From the IMG/VR virus record IMGVR_UViG_3300031133_000383, positions 1-64,000 of that record: a stretch of DNA of 64,000 bases; one strand, written 5' to 3'. Within the stretch, counting starts at the first letter, position 1, and the number at the start of each line of letters is the position of its first letter. The stretch comes from a virus. Its lineage: Duplodnaviria > Heunggongvirae > Uroviricota > Caudoviricetes. A model generated the notes under the pieces. That model was not told the origin of the DNA. It searched no databases and was given only the letters and a program-made list of their open reading frames with translations. Shown one piece after another: positions 10,221 to 20,687 of this stretch. The position numbers and the translations under genes are program-made.

Positions 10221-10915
10221 AATTTCTTATCCTTATTAAAAATTCTAGCTACAACTTCTAATGTTTTTAAATTGATCAAAGACAATGAGCCACCTTGATA
10301 AAATCCAGTATCAAGAAAGATGACATTTGCATGTCTTTCCGGCTTTTCAAAAACATGGTGACCTACAATAACTGAGTCAATATTTTTTATCTGATTAATT
10401 TTTTTGCCTGCCTGTACCGCTTTAGCAGGACCTCGATTCCATATAAGACTTTTAATTTCTTGGTCGTTCTTGTTTTTAATTGCTTTGAGAGTATCTTTCC
10501 AGTCGTTCAGTGGAAAAGCATGTACAATACCAATTTTTCCCACTTGTATGGCATAAGGAAGATCTCTAAAAGCCTTCATAATTCTAATTTTTTTTTCAGT
10601 AGCAATATTAAAAAACCATTTGCTTCCATCTTTATTTTTTTCAGGATAGCATTCTTCATACGATTTCAAACCATTTGCAATCAAAATATCTTCGTGATTT
10701 CCACGAACTGTAAAGAACCAAGATTGTTTTAATAATTCCAAAACATCTTCACTATTTCTACCTCTATCAACTAGATCTCCCACACAGAAAAGACGATCAA
10801 CTTCTATATTAAAGTTGACTTGTTTCATTAATTTGAAGAGAGCCTCATAATTACCATGAAGATCACCCACACAGTAGTCATTGCCCACTTTGTTTTCTTT
10901 AAATAATTGATACAT
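10211..10915 (-). CDS. Ser/Thr protein phosphatase, lambda NinI/PphA-like metallophosphoesterase
   Basis: GDLHG, VGDLVDRG, RGNHE, VGHH, LDTG motifs; start moved to the ATG at 10915 after GAGGA. Confidence 0.9.
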   Translation of the reverse strand: MYQLFKENKVGNDYCVGDLHGNYEALFKLMKQVNFNIEVDRLFCVGDLVDRGRNSEDVLELLKQSWFFTVRGNHEDILIANGLKSYEECYPEKNKDGSKWFFNIATEKKIRIMKAFRDLPYAIQVGKIGIVHAFPLNDWKDTLKAIKNKNDQEIKSLIWNRGPAKAVQAGKKINQIKNIDSVIVGHHVFEKPERHANVIFLDTGFYQGGSLSLINLKTLEVVARIFNKDKKLCD

Positions 10916-11039
10916 TGTGTAAGTCCTCGAAGTATAGAATATTAACATACCAGTCAAATATAAGCAATCATATTTTAATTAAACATCTTTGTTATTTTTA
11001 TTTTTATGATATACTTTTAATAAAAACAAGGGTTTAAAA

Positions 11040-12305
11040 ATGGTAGCTATTAATCAAGAAAGCAAACTGGCTCAATGTATTTTTGATGGTTATATTAAAG
11101 ATATAAAAGAAGCTTTTCATCAAATATATAATAGAGTACCAAATTTTAGTGATTCTGAAATTTTAGTGTCCTCCCTACATACTATCATTAATTCTTATTA
11201 CTTTGAGAATTTATATCAATATTCGAAATTAGGTATTGATGAAAACAATCAGTATTTTCTATCTGTTATACCCAATAAAAATATAGAAAAAAAATCACTT
11301 GATATAGATGGGCAAGAAATATTAATAACAGATTACACAAAAAAAATCTTAGGTGAATCAAGAAGACGAATGCCACTTAATAATGAACTGCCTATTTCGG
11401 CTTTCAAACAATTTGTTGATTTTGGTATTGGTCAAGTAATGCCCGCTAATATAGATGAAATTTTTATAAGCGATTTTTCTGACATTTTACCCGTCATTGT
11501 CCAATTAAAAAAGAATAATCCTAGCTTATATAACGTTATTTTCGAAGAAAGCGATTTAAAACAAAATCTTATTCTAAAAAATAAAAAAGATCTAGAATTC
11601 GATGTTGTACCTGTAGATAAAATAGAAACATATTTCAAAGATAATTTAAAAATACAATCGGTTGAGAACGCTTATGAGTTACTAAATACCAATTATGACC
11701 TTAGATATCTTGTAAAACAAACTCATAAAAAAGATAGCCCTAATTTTATTATTGTAGCCCGTAATGATTTCGAAATAGCAGGAGTTTCGGTTGTTGATCA
11801 GAGTAATGACATGATTAATAGCTTAAAAACAGTAAATGGCAAAAACATGGGTGAACTATTTATGAAAGTGTCTAGTATAATGGTTTCTAAAAATTATAGA
11901 GGTCAAGGATTAGGTGTTCAACTGTTTGAAACGGCTATCAATGAAGCTAAGAAACAAGATTATATACTGATTCGCTCAGAAGCTAGCGATCTAGGTCGTA
12001 ACTACCTAAAAAGTAATATTGATAATATTGCAAATAGTAAACAAGTACCGGTTATCAATTCAGAATGGTTTGAAATTTTAAAACCTTTATTGCCTAAAAT
12101 ATTTAACAACTCTTATGAATCAGGAAAAGACACATTGCTCAATGTACTAGATGAAATGAGAATTTTCGAGAAGTCTATACATGAAAAAAAAATGAACGCT
12201 CGTTCAGGATCTGATTTTTTTGCTATTGAGGATGAGCAACAAGATTTCTTTAAAAAACTATCCTCTCGTTATAATACTAAAAGAAATAATAACATAAAGT
12301 TATGA
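11040..12305 (+). CDS. GNAT acetyltransferase-domain protein
   Basis: IMVSKNYRGQGLGVQLF acetyl-CoA-binding motif A; basic tail KRNNNIKL. Confidence 0.75.
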   Translation: MVAINQESKLAQCIFDGYIKDIKEAFHQIYNRVPNFSDSEILVSSLHTIINSYYFENLYQYSKLGIDENNQYFLSVIPNKNIEKKSLDIDGQEILITDYTKKILGESRRRMPLNNELPISAFKQFVDFGIGQVMPANIDEIFISDFSDILPVIVQLKKNNPSLYNVIFEESDLKQNLILKNKKDLEFDVVPVDKIETYFKDNLKIQSVENAYELLNTNYDLRYLVKQTHKKDSPNFIIVARNDFEIAGVSVVDQSNDMINSLKTVNGKNMGELFMKVSSIMVSKNYRGQGLGVQLFETAINEAKKQDYILIRSEASDLGRNYLKSNIDNIANSKQVPVINSEWFEILKPLLPKIFNNSYESGKDTLLNVLDEMRIFEKSIHEKKMNARSGSDFFAIEDEQQDFFKKLSSRYNTKRNNNIKL

Positions 12306-12363
12306 TGACTGGTATTTGACCAGTTTTTTTTACATGTTACTATTTTTTATAGGAGAAATTATA

Positions 12364-12885
12364 ATGTTTTTTGAAAAAAAAGAATTGTCACTTGAAGAAG
12401 TGATTGAGCAAGAAGTTATCGAAAGAAAAGCTAATGGTATTAAATATAGCGAATATGATTTAGCTGCTAAAGTAGCACCATTCATGCTATTGGTAAATTT
12501 ACCTCTAGGAGTCATCTTTACATTAGGCAGTCTAATTCTATCAAGCTATGACAAAAAGGAAAAGCTGGATAATGTTTTAATGCCCGACTCGTGGCTAAAA
12601 AAAGTTGCAGAATCTAGCAAGATAAGTGCAACCGGATTAAATTTTTTAGCAATAAAATTACAAAAAAATGGTTCTATTACTGTTTCTGATGCCATCAGAT
12701 TTCTTGAAACAGAAGAACAGGCTCGACAACAGGAAATACAGCATATTGCTAATCTACAGATTCAAGAGGACAAGTTCAAGAATTTGCAGTTTGAAGGGGC
12801 TTTATCTATACTTGAAAAAGCTAATATACATTTTGATGGTTTATACACTTCTACAATCGATACTTTTAAAAAGTCTAGCAACTAA
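12364..12885 (+). CDS. Hypothetical membrane-anchored protein
   Basis: One hydrophobic segment; AGGAG SD before the ATG at 12364. Confidence 0.6.
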   Translation: MFFEKKELSLEEVIEQEVIERKANGIKYSEYDLAAKVAPFMLLVNLPLGVIFTLGSLILSSYDKKEKLDNVLMPDSWLKKVAESSKISATGLNFLAIKLQKNGSITVSDAIRFLETEEQARQQEIQHIANLQIQEDKFKNLQFEGALSILEKANIHFDGLYTSTIDTFKKSSN

Positions 12886-12943
12886 TTATCAAGTCTTTCT
12901 GCTGATAGCCGACATCTTGTTAATAAAGGAAAAACCGATACAT

Positions 12944-12968
12944 AAAAAAAGCCCTCTCGGGCTTTTTT
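12944..12968. terminator. Bidirectional intrinsic terminator
   Basis: A7-GCCC-tctc-GGGC-T6 between convergent genes. Confidence 0.75.
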
Positions 12969-12971
12969 AAC

Positions 12972-13580
12972 TTATTCCAATAGATCAAATAACTTTACAT
13001 CATCGCCACATTGGTTTTTGAGTCGATCAATCCATGCTTTACTTTTAACTTTACATCTTACAATTTTATTTCGAGCCACAGTTTTGCCAATTACCCCCTC
13101 AAAGGTTACACCGTCCAATGTGCCATACTTGATTTTTTCCAATAAAGTTTTGTTAAATTTTGATACCAATAAAAATTCAGACATCTCAACTCTATTACCA
13201 AACTCTTTCAAATATTCTTTAGGCGGTAAGTAACCCATCCTAGTCACATGAACATCAATCAGAGAAGCTTTGAATTTATCTGTTGGGTCGTGAAAACCAG
13301 CAAATGAGTTTTTTCCATGAAATTCAAAAAACAATGTTCCACTTTCCCATTTGTTCTTTTTAAAAATATCATGAACAGCTTGTTCTGTACGCTGGATTAA
13401 TTCTTTTGATTGGTTGAGAATACCTGAATCATCCGACATTAATTTTTTACGTGTTGCAAATTTATCAAAACCTTTTTTGATTGAATATTCTGCACGAATA
13501 TTAGAACCATCAAGTTTGTCAAAAATATAATACTCAGCATCTTGTATAATGCCTTTACCAATAGATGGATATTGTTGCAT
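12972..13580 (-). CDS. RNA ligase-like ATP-dependent nucleotidyltransferase (minimal adenylation domain)
   Basis: Motif I DKLDGSN, FFEF, LIDV, motif IV FEGVIGK, motif V KVKS. Confidence 0.75.
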   Translation of the reverse strand: MQQYPSIGKGIIQDAEYYIFDKLDGSNIRAEYSIKKGFDKFATRKKLMSDDSGILNQSKELIQRTEQAVHDIFKKNKWESGTLFFEFHGKNSFAGFHDPTDKFKASLIDVHVTRMGYLPPKEYLKEFGNRVEMSEFLLVSKFNKTLLEKIKYGTLDGVTFEGVIGKTVARNKIVRCKVKSKAWIDRLKNQCGDDVKLFDLLE

Positions 13581-13704
13581 AATAAATCTCCTAGTTTAAA
13601 CTAAACAATTTAATATGCCTTGATTAAATTATTAGTTTGTTTTATTTTTTTTAAGTTTAAGTGATTTTTTAAAGCTATTACAAACTTTCATAATGATGGT
13701 TCTC

Positions 13705-14430
13705 CTATATTAATATCATTTTAACTATGTTTTTTAAATTTTGATAATCTTGTTCATCAATTTCTCTTGCTTTTTTGAAGTCATATCCTAATGTTTTTAA
13801 AAGATCTTTATTCGCATTCAGAAACATTCTTTTTAATGATGTCTTGAAAAAGTCAGAATTTACTTCTTCAATGGCCCATATCGAATTTCCATGTATAAAA
13901 GCTTTATCATGTAGACGAAATCGTATTCTTTCAAAATGACTCCCATATGACAACTCGAAAATACAATTAATTCTTTTTATGAATGAATGTTCATCTTTGA
14001 TAAATAATACAGGTTTTACAGATAAATTGCAATTATATTTACCCATTTTGACAGATCTTTCATATTTATCTTCTGTCACCTTAAAATCTATGAATGCATC
14101 ATTTGTTAAATCATTGACATCTGTAATAAATTTACTCAAAAACTGATAGGACATTTCTGAATTGCTAACCCTTTCTATGCCTGTTTTAATCAATGTATTT
14201 TCTATCTTTTCAATATTTCCTTGTGTATCAATAGTGCCTGCTTGAAAAGGATCATTGTTGTTTGTTAATACAAAATGAGTGAATGCATCAATTTTGCAGG
14301 TCATTCTACTGATATAGGTTTTATCAGAATCTAATAAAGAATTTTCTATTTTTCTTTCCTGAGTCGTACCCTTGAATTGTCTTATCATCATTTTTTCAAT
14401 TATAGATTTTTCAATTTGACAAGTGATCAT
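13705..14430 (-). CDS. Hypothetical protein with C-terminal tag A
   Basis: 241-aa ORF ending LKNIVKMILI. Confidence 0.7.
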   Translation of the reverse strand: MITCQIEKSIIEKMMIRQFKGTTQERKIENSLLDSDKTYISRMTCKIDAFTHFVLTNNNDPFQAGTIDTQGNIEKIENTLIKTGIERVSNSEMSYQFLSKFITDVNDLTNDAFIDFKVTEDKYERSVKMGKYNCNLSVKPVLFIKDEHSFIKRINCIFELSYGSHFERIRFRLHDKAFIHGNSIWAIEEVNSDFFKTSLKRMFLNANKDLLKTLGYDFKKAREIDEQDYQNLKNIVKMILI

Positions 14431-14562
14431 TTAAGGCTCCATTAGCTTTGTGCAAATGATAATATCATAATAGTGATTATAATACAACATCTAATATGAT
14501 AGTGTCTATTTGACTTATTTATATAGGATTGTATCATGTAAAAATACTTTTCAGGAGATTAT

Positions 14563-15270
14563 ATGATGTTCAACAAGTGTAAGATTGTTTTTTTCTGGTG
14601 CTTCCAGATGGTTTTTTTATTTTTTTCATTCTTTTATTTATTCAAAATGAATGAATTGAGAGCAAACGTCGAACAGTATACCAATGGGGTAACCGACAGT
14701 TCTTTTCTTTCTCTTTTAACTAGCTATCTTCCCCTGCCTATGTTTACCACAGGCATCATCTTTTTAACATTAGCTATAGTTTTGACAGTGACCAGTAATG
14801 TGGCAATGGTAACAGGGCATAAGAAATTAGGGGTACTTTTATTGTTAGTCAGTACATGTTTCATTGCTTTTTTGACTTATGCAAACTACAAAGAAAAAAC
14901 TTATGTTGATAAATCTCAATCAATATTTGAACAAGTTTATAATCAAACCATTCATGATGCTACTGGTGCCGAAAAAGCAGTTCTCAATAACACAAAAATG
15001 TATGCTGAGAGATATAAATCAACACCAACTACAGATAATCGTATTAGATACAGTACTGCTTTTGATTCTATGTTGTATAAGATGAAAGAATTAAAAGCAA
15101 TGAAAGCTGAACAAGTTGATGGACTCAATAATGTATTAAGATCTCATGTTGCTTATGTTACTAATTATGAAAAACTTATTAATACAATTCAATTATACTT
15201 AGTTGTATGTTTGATATTTTTAACCATTTTTAGAATTGATTTTAAGACTAAAAAGGCTCTGACAGTTTAA
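14563..15270 (+). CDS. Membrane protein (about 4 TM)
   Basis: Several hydrophobic segments; AGGAG SD. Confidence 0.65.
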   Translation: MMFNKCKIVFFWCFQMVFLFFSFFYLFKMNELRANVEQYTNGVTDSSFLSLLTSYLPLPMFTTGIIFLTLAIVLTVTSNVAMVTGHKKLGVLLLLVSTCFIAFLTYANYKEKTYVDKSQSIFEQVYNQTIHDATGAEKAVLNNTKMYAERYKSTPTTDNRIRYSTAFDSMLYKMKELKAMKAEQVDGLNNVLRSHVAYVTNYEKLINTIQLYLVVCLIFLTIFRIDFKTKKALTV

Positions 15271-15284
15271 AGTAAAACTATGAC

Positions 15285-15316
15285 AAAAAAATAGACAACT
15301 TATGTTGTCTATTTTT
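15285..15316. terminator. Bidirectional intrinsic terminator
   Basis: AAAAATAGACAAC-ttat-GTTGTCTATTTTT between convergent genes. Confidence 0.75.
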
Positions 15317-15334
15317 AATTGAGCGATTTAAAAT

Positions 15335-15916
15335 TTAGTAACGCGGACGAGAAGGCAATGATTTTGCAATAGCTTTTAATTCATCTACATCTTTGAATGA
15401 CAACAACTGATTAAACCCATAAAAACCTGATTTAACACCGCGTGCTCTAAACTTGGCATTAAGAATTAAATTATCATCACAATAGTCTATCATTGTTTGA
15501 ATGGAAGCGACACCACAAACAAACACTTTATCGCCACGAAGAACAGTAATAATTTCAGCATTGTAAGGTTTTTTAAAGACAACAGGATAATTTCCATAAT
15601 GAGCACATTTTATGCCTATATTAATACCTAAACCTTTTAAGTCAGCATGATTATAATTTTCAGATTTTCCAAAAGTAGTATCTAAAATTTTAACGCCTAA
15701 CATTTTTTCAAGTGCCAGTTCGGCAGAGAATCCTGTCATATAACGTTTTATTTCTTGGTCATTATCTATCTTGTGAATCTGTTCTGTTGATTTTGCGATC
15801 TGAAACTGTTTTGCAAAATCATAAATAAAAGCAGTATCATTTTTTGACAGCGTGATAACAGGTACGTTTTTCAGAATTGGTGCTACGTCATCTTGGTATT
15901 TTCGTTTAACGGTCAT
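15335..15916 (-). CDS. Hypothetical protein, possible PD-(D/E)XK-fold nuclease
   Basis: G..AE.ALE, ADL and IGIK pattern resembles the restriction-endonuclease fold. Confidence 0.4.
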   Translation of the reverse strand: MTVKRKYQDDVAPILKNVPVITLSKNDTAFIYDFAKQFQIAKSTEQIHKIDNDQEIKRYMTGFSAELALEKMLGVKILDTTFGKSENYNHADLKGLGINIGIKCAHYGNYPVVFKKPYNAEIITVLRGDKVFVCGVASIQTMIDYCDDNLILNAKFRARGVKSGFYGFNQLLSFKDVDELKAIAKSLPSRPRY

Positions 15917-15970
15917 TCAGTTTTCTCCATGTCTGTTGATAGATTAATCCTAGCATTTATTGTATTATTT

Positions 15971-16294
15971 TTAAAGCTTTTTTACACTGTAATTATAATG
16001 ATTTATTACATATTGATTGTTTTGTATAGTAAATAGATGAACCGTGCAAATACCAACAAGCAAATAAACAACACTATTTAGAACAATGTCTTTATTTTCA
16101 ATGAAAGTTGAACAAAAATAGCTCACTATCATAGGTAGTAAACTACCAAAAAACATTATATAAATATACTGAGTGTTGCTTTCATTCGCATTTATTTGTT
16201 CTAAAAATAGAATAGCATTTACACAATAAGCAAAAACAGTACCACTTAGTACAGCAAGTAGTATTTGACTTATTTTAATTAAAATTAAATTCAT
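15971..16294 (-). CDS. Small membrane protein (3 TM)
   Basis: Hydrophobic 107-aa ORF. Confidence 0.55.
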   Translation of the reverse strand: MNLILIKISQILLAVLSGTVFAYCVNAILFLEQINANESNTQYIYIMFFGSLLPMIVSYFCSTFIENKDIVLNSVVYLLVGICTVHLFTIQNNQYVINHYNYSVKKL

Positions 16295-16314
16295 TCTATT
16301 TAATAATCTTTATT

Positions 16315-16965
16315 TTAAATTGCAAACATTTTAAAAACTGTAAACTCTTCAATACTTATCTCTTTAAACGATAAATTATTGGCAGATAAATATTTCAGAT
16401 ACGCACTCAATGTAGAAATTTTCGACTTTTCCTTCTTCTTTATTACAGTGCCATCGTAAAGGATATCTTCACAAATATAAACATTGGTATTTGAATCATA
16501 ATGATATTTAATAGTGTTATTATAATCCAGAGAAGAATACACACTTCTTAGATACGCATTGATTTGGTACTGTTCATCCAGTTCTGGATAATATTCGCCT
16601 TCATAATATTCTTCGGCATTTTCATACAGGCAATAGGTAATACACAATAAAGCCAAGCTGTATAATGAAACAATCACTATATTTAGAATCGCTTGCATAC
16701 CTTTAAATTCTAAATGATAAGCATTGATAGTATAATTACCAATAGCTAAAAAAACAATAAAGGGCAATATTACTTTTATATTTGAATTGAATATATATCT
16801 TTTTTTGAAAGTCATAATCCATGAATATAGTAATAAAGATAAGCAAACAACTGTATATATAGTTATAAAGATATCCTTATGTAGTGTAAAGATAAAGGCT
16901 AAACCTATCGAAAGGTAGGTTAGATCGTTTTTTATAATCATTTCTTTCAAAAAATTATAGTTCAC
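16315..16965 (-). CDS. Membrane protein with C-terminal tag A
   Basis: About 4 TM segments then a soluble tail ending EEFTVFKMFAI; same architecture as 8420..9073. Confidence 0.7.
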   Translation of the reverse strand: MNYNFLKEMIIKNDLTYLSIGLAFIFTLHKDIFITIYTVVCLSLLLYSWIMTFKKRYIFNSNIKVILPFIVFLAIGNYTINAYHLEFKGMQAILNIVIVSLYSLALLCITYCLYENAEEYYEGEYYPELDEQYQINAYLRSVYSSLDYNNTIKYHYDSNTNVYICEDILYDGTVIKKKEKSKISTLSAYLKYLSANNLSFKEISIEEFTVFKMFAI

Positions 16966-17029
16966 TATGAGTATTCTCCACTTGATTGGGAAAACAATAA
17001 TACCACAGTATAACCAAATTGTAAATAGA

Positions 17030-18151
17030 CTATGGTACTGGGCGTATTTTTACTTTTGCCTTGTTTATTTGTACAATTTTAAAGCTTTCTGGATCACTCA
17101 GGAAATCATTAACCTCTTTATAGTAACGTACCGTTTTATAACCGTTTTCACTCAGTACTTGAAACAGATGTTTTTTTCTGGATTCTTCCTTATTTGTAAA
17201 TCGATCTCCTGTTTTAGCAGTCGTCAACAAATCAATCTTTTGTTTCGCATTAATAAAACCTCTTCTGTTCAATGAATCCACCAGTTTGTTAAAATATAAC
17301 TGGCCTTCTTTATTTTTGTCGTGAGTTAACGACATATATTCAAATTTGTTATTTAACACTCCAAGATTTACAACAGGATTTTGTGTTATTATATCTTGTA
17401 TTCCAAATTTTTCATTAAGGTATTCTATAGGTTGATAAATTTTCATTTTAACCTTGGCTGATTCTATAATAACATCTCTAAATTCTGTAGTTTGAAGACG
17501 TAGTTCATCATTTCTTTTTCTAACAATTTCAAGATAATCAGTAAAATCATCCGTTTCTTTAACAAAATGATTTAGAATATTTTTTCCAAATTCATCTTTG
17601 ATATTTTCTTTTTTGATTTCCAAATTTTTTATTGTATCTTTTACATATTGAATCTCATTTAAATAGAAATCTTTTTCATTTTGATCTTTTGATTGAAAAG
17701 CTAATTTTTCATTTTGTAAAAATTTAATGGTGTTTTTTTTAATCAATCTATCTAAATCAACATATTGAGTGTGAGCTAATTTCCATGACTTTATTATCGT
17801 ATTAATAGCATTTTCAAACACTATTATATTATCATTTGGATTTTCAGTAAGTAATTGTTCAATTTTTTTTAATTTTTCTGATGTGTCTGTTTTTGTATTG
17901 ATAACTTGCTTTATATCATCTGATAATTTGTGATGGAATTTAAGCAGATCCTCTGACCATTTAGCCAGTTCGTGATTGGCTTTTAATAATTCAGTAGCAT
18001 CCACTGACAAATATATTGGATCGTATTCCAATCTCATTTTGTAGGTCTTGGTAGTATTTTGTCCAGAAAATTGTAACGCATTTATAAGAGGACAGGTGAC
18101 TGGGTGATTTGAGTGAATTTTGAGCAGCATATCTTTTTTTATTTGGTTCAT
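17030..18151 (-). CDS. Helical/coiled-coil hypothetical protein with basic C-terminal tail
   Basis: 373-aa ORF; ends KAKVKIRPVP. Confidence 0.7.
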   Translation of the reverse strand: MNQIKKDMLLKIHSNHPVTCPLINALQFSGQNTTKTYKMRLEYDPIYLSVDATELLKANHELAKWSEDLLKFHHKLSDDIKQVINTKTDTSEKLKKIEQLLTENPNDNIIVFENAINTIIKSWKLAHTQYVDLDRLIKKNTIKFLQNEKLAFQSKDQNEKDFYLNEIQYVKDTIKNLEIKKENIKDEFGKNILNHFVKETDDFTDYLEIVRKRNDELRLQTTEFRDVIIESAKVKMKIYQPIEYLNEKFGIQDIITQNPVVNLGVLNNKFEYMSLTHDKNKEGQLYFNKLVDSLNRRGFINAKQKIDLLTTAKTGDRFTNKEESRKKHLFQVLSENGYKTVRYYKEVNDFLSDPESFKIVQINKAKVKIRPVP

Positions 18152-18300
18152 ATACTATTTAGGTATTAAGGATAATATCAATTTATCATGCCTTTAGAAA
18201 AAATATAGCCAATTGATAAAAAAATGTTACAAAAAGAAACAACATGACTTTATTATAATATAGTACTTGTTTATTTAAATTGATAAATACGAAATAAAGC

Positions 18301-18328
18301 TTGACAAAGGCGTGTTTTTAGGTAAAAT
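18301..18328 (+). promoter_or_regulatory. sigma70 promoter
   Basis: TTGACA-16 nt-TAAAAT upstream of 18366. Confidence 0.7.
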
Positions 18329-18365
18329 GTGATGTTCTGAATTTTAAAAGTATAGGAGATAAATC

Positions 18366-20576
18366 ATGGACATTATTACAAATAAAGCGTTGTTGACTCG
18401 CAAACAAGCAGTAGCTATTGAGGCAACTAATAGTTCACAGATTAATACATCTCTCGTATTGGCGATCATGACTGAAATTGCACAGTTGGGCTATACTTTT
18501 GATAAACCATTGATGGATAGATTAGCAGCCTTGGATTCAACAAAATTAAAAATATTTAGAAGCTTCTTGGTTGAACAGCTACAAGAGATGGTGGGATCTC
18601 ATGTACGCTATGTACCTTTATTCAAATCTTTTCCTGATGGTATTCCAGATACTACTGAACTTATGTTGAAGAAAATCATTGGATACTTTCAAAATATATT
18701 GAAAATACCAGTCGATAATTATGTAGTATTATCCTGCGGACATACTGTATGTACAGATATGTTTGATCTTGATAATTATTCAGCATGTCCTATTTGCGAG
18801 CAGCAAGTAGCAGAATTGATGGACCATGACGATTCACATAAAGCATCAGAACCTGTTAAGCAGTTTAAAATCATTAAATTGGTTGAGCATTCTGTTGTGT
18901 ATGATGTATTTTCAAATATTCTAGATTCTAAAACTTCTATTTCAGAGACTGACAAAGCATTGGTTGAAGCTATTGTTAAATTAGAAGGTAATGGTATTGA
19001 AAAATATCTACCAGAAAAGATAGATCAAAAAGAAACTATTGCATTTTTGGCAGATAAACTATTAAAAAATACAACAGTATCTTATCAACTGATTGCAAAA
19101 TACTTTAAAACAGCCACAGATGTATTACGTTTGGCCGTACAATTTTCGGAAGGTGATGTTACTCTTCAGCAAAATACTAAATTTAAATTATCGAATGCCA
19201 AAAGAAAGCTGATTATGGCTTTATTGAACAATGTCAATGAAGCTCAGGTTGATATGGTCAGATACCGTGAACAGTGGATTAAATTAGGTGAAGTTATTCA
19301 CATTGGCACCTATAAGAATAAGTATTCAAAAGCTTATAAGGCTTTTGATCTGTTACGCAATCACAAAAGGGCTATTGAAACTTTTAATGGTAAAGTAGAA
19401 GAGTTAGTGATGTTGGCTCGATACACAGAAGATAATGAGTCTATTATTATTGAATTGGTAACTTTATTGTCAAGCCGTGCAGGTGAGTTTGCTCGACGTT
19501 TTGACCAAGTATTGAGATTGTCTGTTAATCAGGATATTGTAATAGATGCTTTTGAAAAAGTAGTACCTTCTGTAAAGACTGCAATGTTGTTGGGTATCAG
19601 CAAACATTTATTGGCTCGTGATGTTGCTCGTGATTTTAGAGCTTATATTCCAAAAGGAAAAATGTCGAAAATTCAGTTTTTTGCGGGTGATGACAGAAAA
19701 CTATTAACTAAATATGCAATTGATAAAACAGTCAACATTATCGAAAGTGAACTGTTGAGCAGATTTTCAAATCAAGAATCACTAGGTAAAGTGTATATTG
19801 ATCCAGAACTGGCAAATGTATTAGTGCCCTTCTCACAAAGAAGTGCTTCTACTTCATTGGTGAATATTCCAAGAGGCTCTAGAATCAAGATAGATGATAA
19901 AACACCTTTCATTAGACTGTATACTTATTGGAAAGCTTCGGTTGACGTTGATCTTGGTGCAACCATGTTGGATAAGAATTTCAAAGAAGTAGGCACTATC
20001 AGTTATTATAACTTAAGTTCTTTCGGACGCTCTGTTCACTCAGGCGATATTCGCGATGGACATAAAGGAGCAACTGAATTCATCGATTTGGATTTGCAAG
20101 CTTTTCGTGCAAAGAAAATTAAATACGTTGTAGTCAACTTAATTTCTTTTACTGGTGAAAAATTCTCAACGATGGAATGTTTTGCTGGCTTTATGGAACG
20201 TGAAACACCAGATTCAAAACAATTTGATGCAACAACTGTTAGACAAAAATTTAATATTACATCTGAATCCAGCTACTGTATTCCTATGATTTTTGATATT
20301 GAAACCAATGAAGTTATCTGGTTGGATTTGGTAACCCGTGAAGATGGTTTTGGATACAATTATCATAACAATAAATCTAATGTTTTGGATGCTGTCAAAG
20401 CTGGTATTGATTTGGTCAATACTAAAACAACTTTGATGGAGCTTTTTAATTTACATGCCCATGCTCGTGGTGAATTAGTTCATTATAAGCGAGAAGAAGG
20501 TGTTGAATATGATACTGTCTTTGATATTGAAAAGCTAAAAGACTTGGATGAAATTATGTCGAAATACCTAGCATAG
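18366..20576 (+). CDS. RING-like Zn domain plus TerD-like domain protein (MXAN_6230/SCO0854-like)
   Basis: LSCGH...ACPIC; TATDVLR; GEFARR; C-terminal DVDLG..HSGDI..ATEFIDLD. Confidence 0.75.
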   Translation: MDIITNKALLTRKQAVAIEATNSSQINTSLVLAIMTEIAQLGYTFDKPLMDRLAALDSTKLKIFRSFLVEQLQEMVGSHVRYVPLFKSFPDGIPDTTELMLKKIIGYFQNILKIPVDNYVVLSCGHTVCTDMFDLDNYSACPICEQQVAELMDHDDSHKASEPVKQFKIIKLVEHSVVYDVFSNILDSKTSISETDKALVEAIVKLEGNGIEKYLPEKIDQKETIAFLADKLLKNTTVSYQLIAKYFKTATDVLRLAVQFSEGDVTLQQNTKFKLSNAKRKLIMALLNNVNEAQVDMVRYREQWIKLGEVIHIGTYKNKYSKAYKAFDLLRNHKRAIETFNGKVEELVMLARYTEDNESIIIELVTLLSSRAGEFARRFDQVLRLSVNQDIVIDAFEKVVPSVKTAMLLGISKHLLARDVARDFRAYIPKGKMSKIQFFAGDDRKLLTKYAIDKTVNIIESELLSRFSNQESLGKVYIDPELANVLVPFSQRSASTSLVNIPRGSRIKIDDKTPFIRLYTYWKASVDVDLGATMLDKNFKEVGTISYYNLSSFGRSVHSGDIRDGHKGATEFIDLDLQAFRAKKIKYVVVNLISFTGEKFSTMECFAGFMERETPDSKQFDATTVRQKFNITSESSYCIPMIFDIETNEVIWLDLVTREDGFGYNYHNNKSNVLDAVKAGIDLVNTKTTLMELFNLHAHARGELVHYKREEGVEYDTVFDIEKLKDLDEIMSKYLA

Positions 20577-20590
20577 TTAATCTACATATA

Positions 20591-20617
20591 GAGCCACCTT
20601 CGGGTGGCTTTTTGTTT
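20591..20617 (+). terminator. Intrinsic terminator
   Basis: AGCCACC-ttcg-GGTGGCT followed by a T-run. Confidence 0.85.
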
Positions 20618-20687
20618 TAATAACTGTTTATACTTCTTTTGTATATCTATTTAATATGGTATAATAAAAAAAACTCAATAAATAAAT

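Noticed and set aside
13598-13638. Imperfect hairpin upstream of the RNA-ligase-like gene
   Set aside because: Almost entirely A/T and plausible by chance at this composition.
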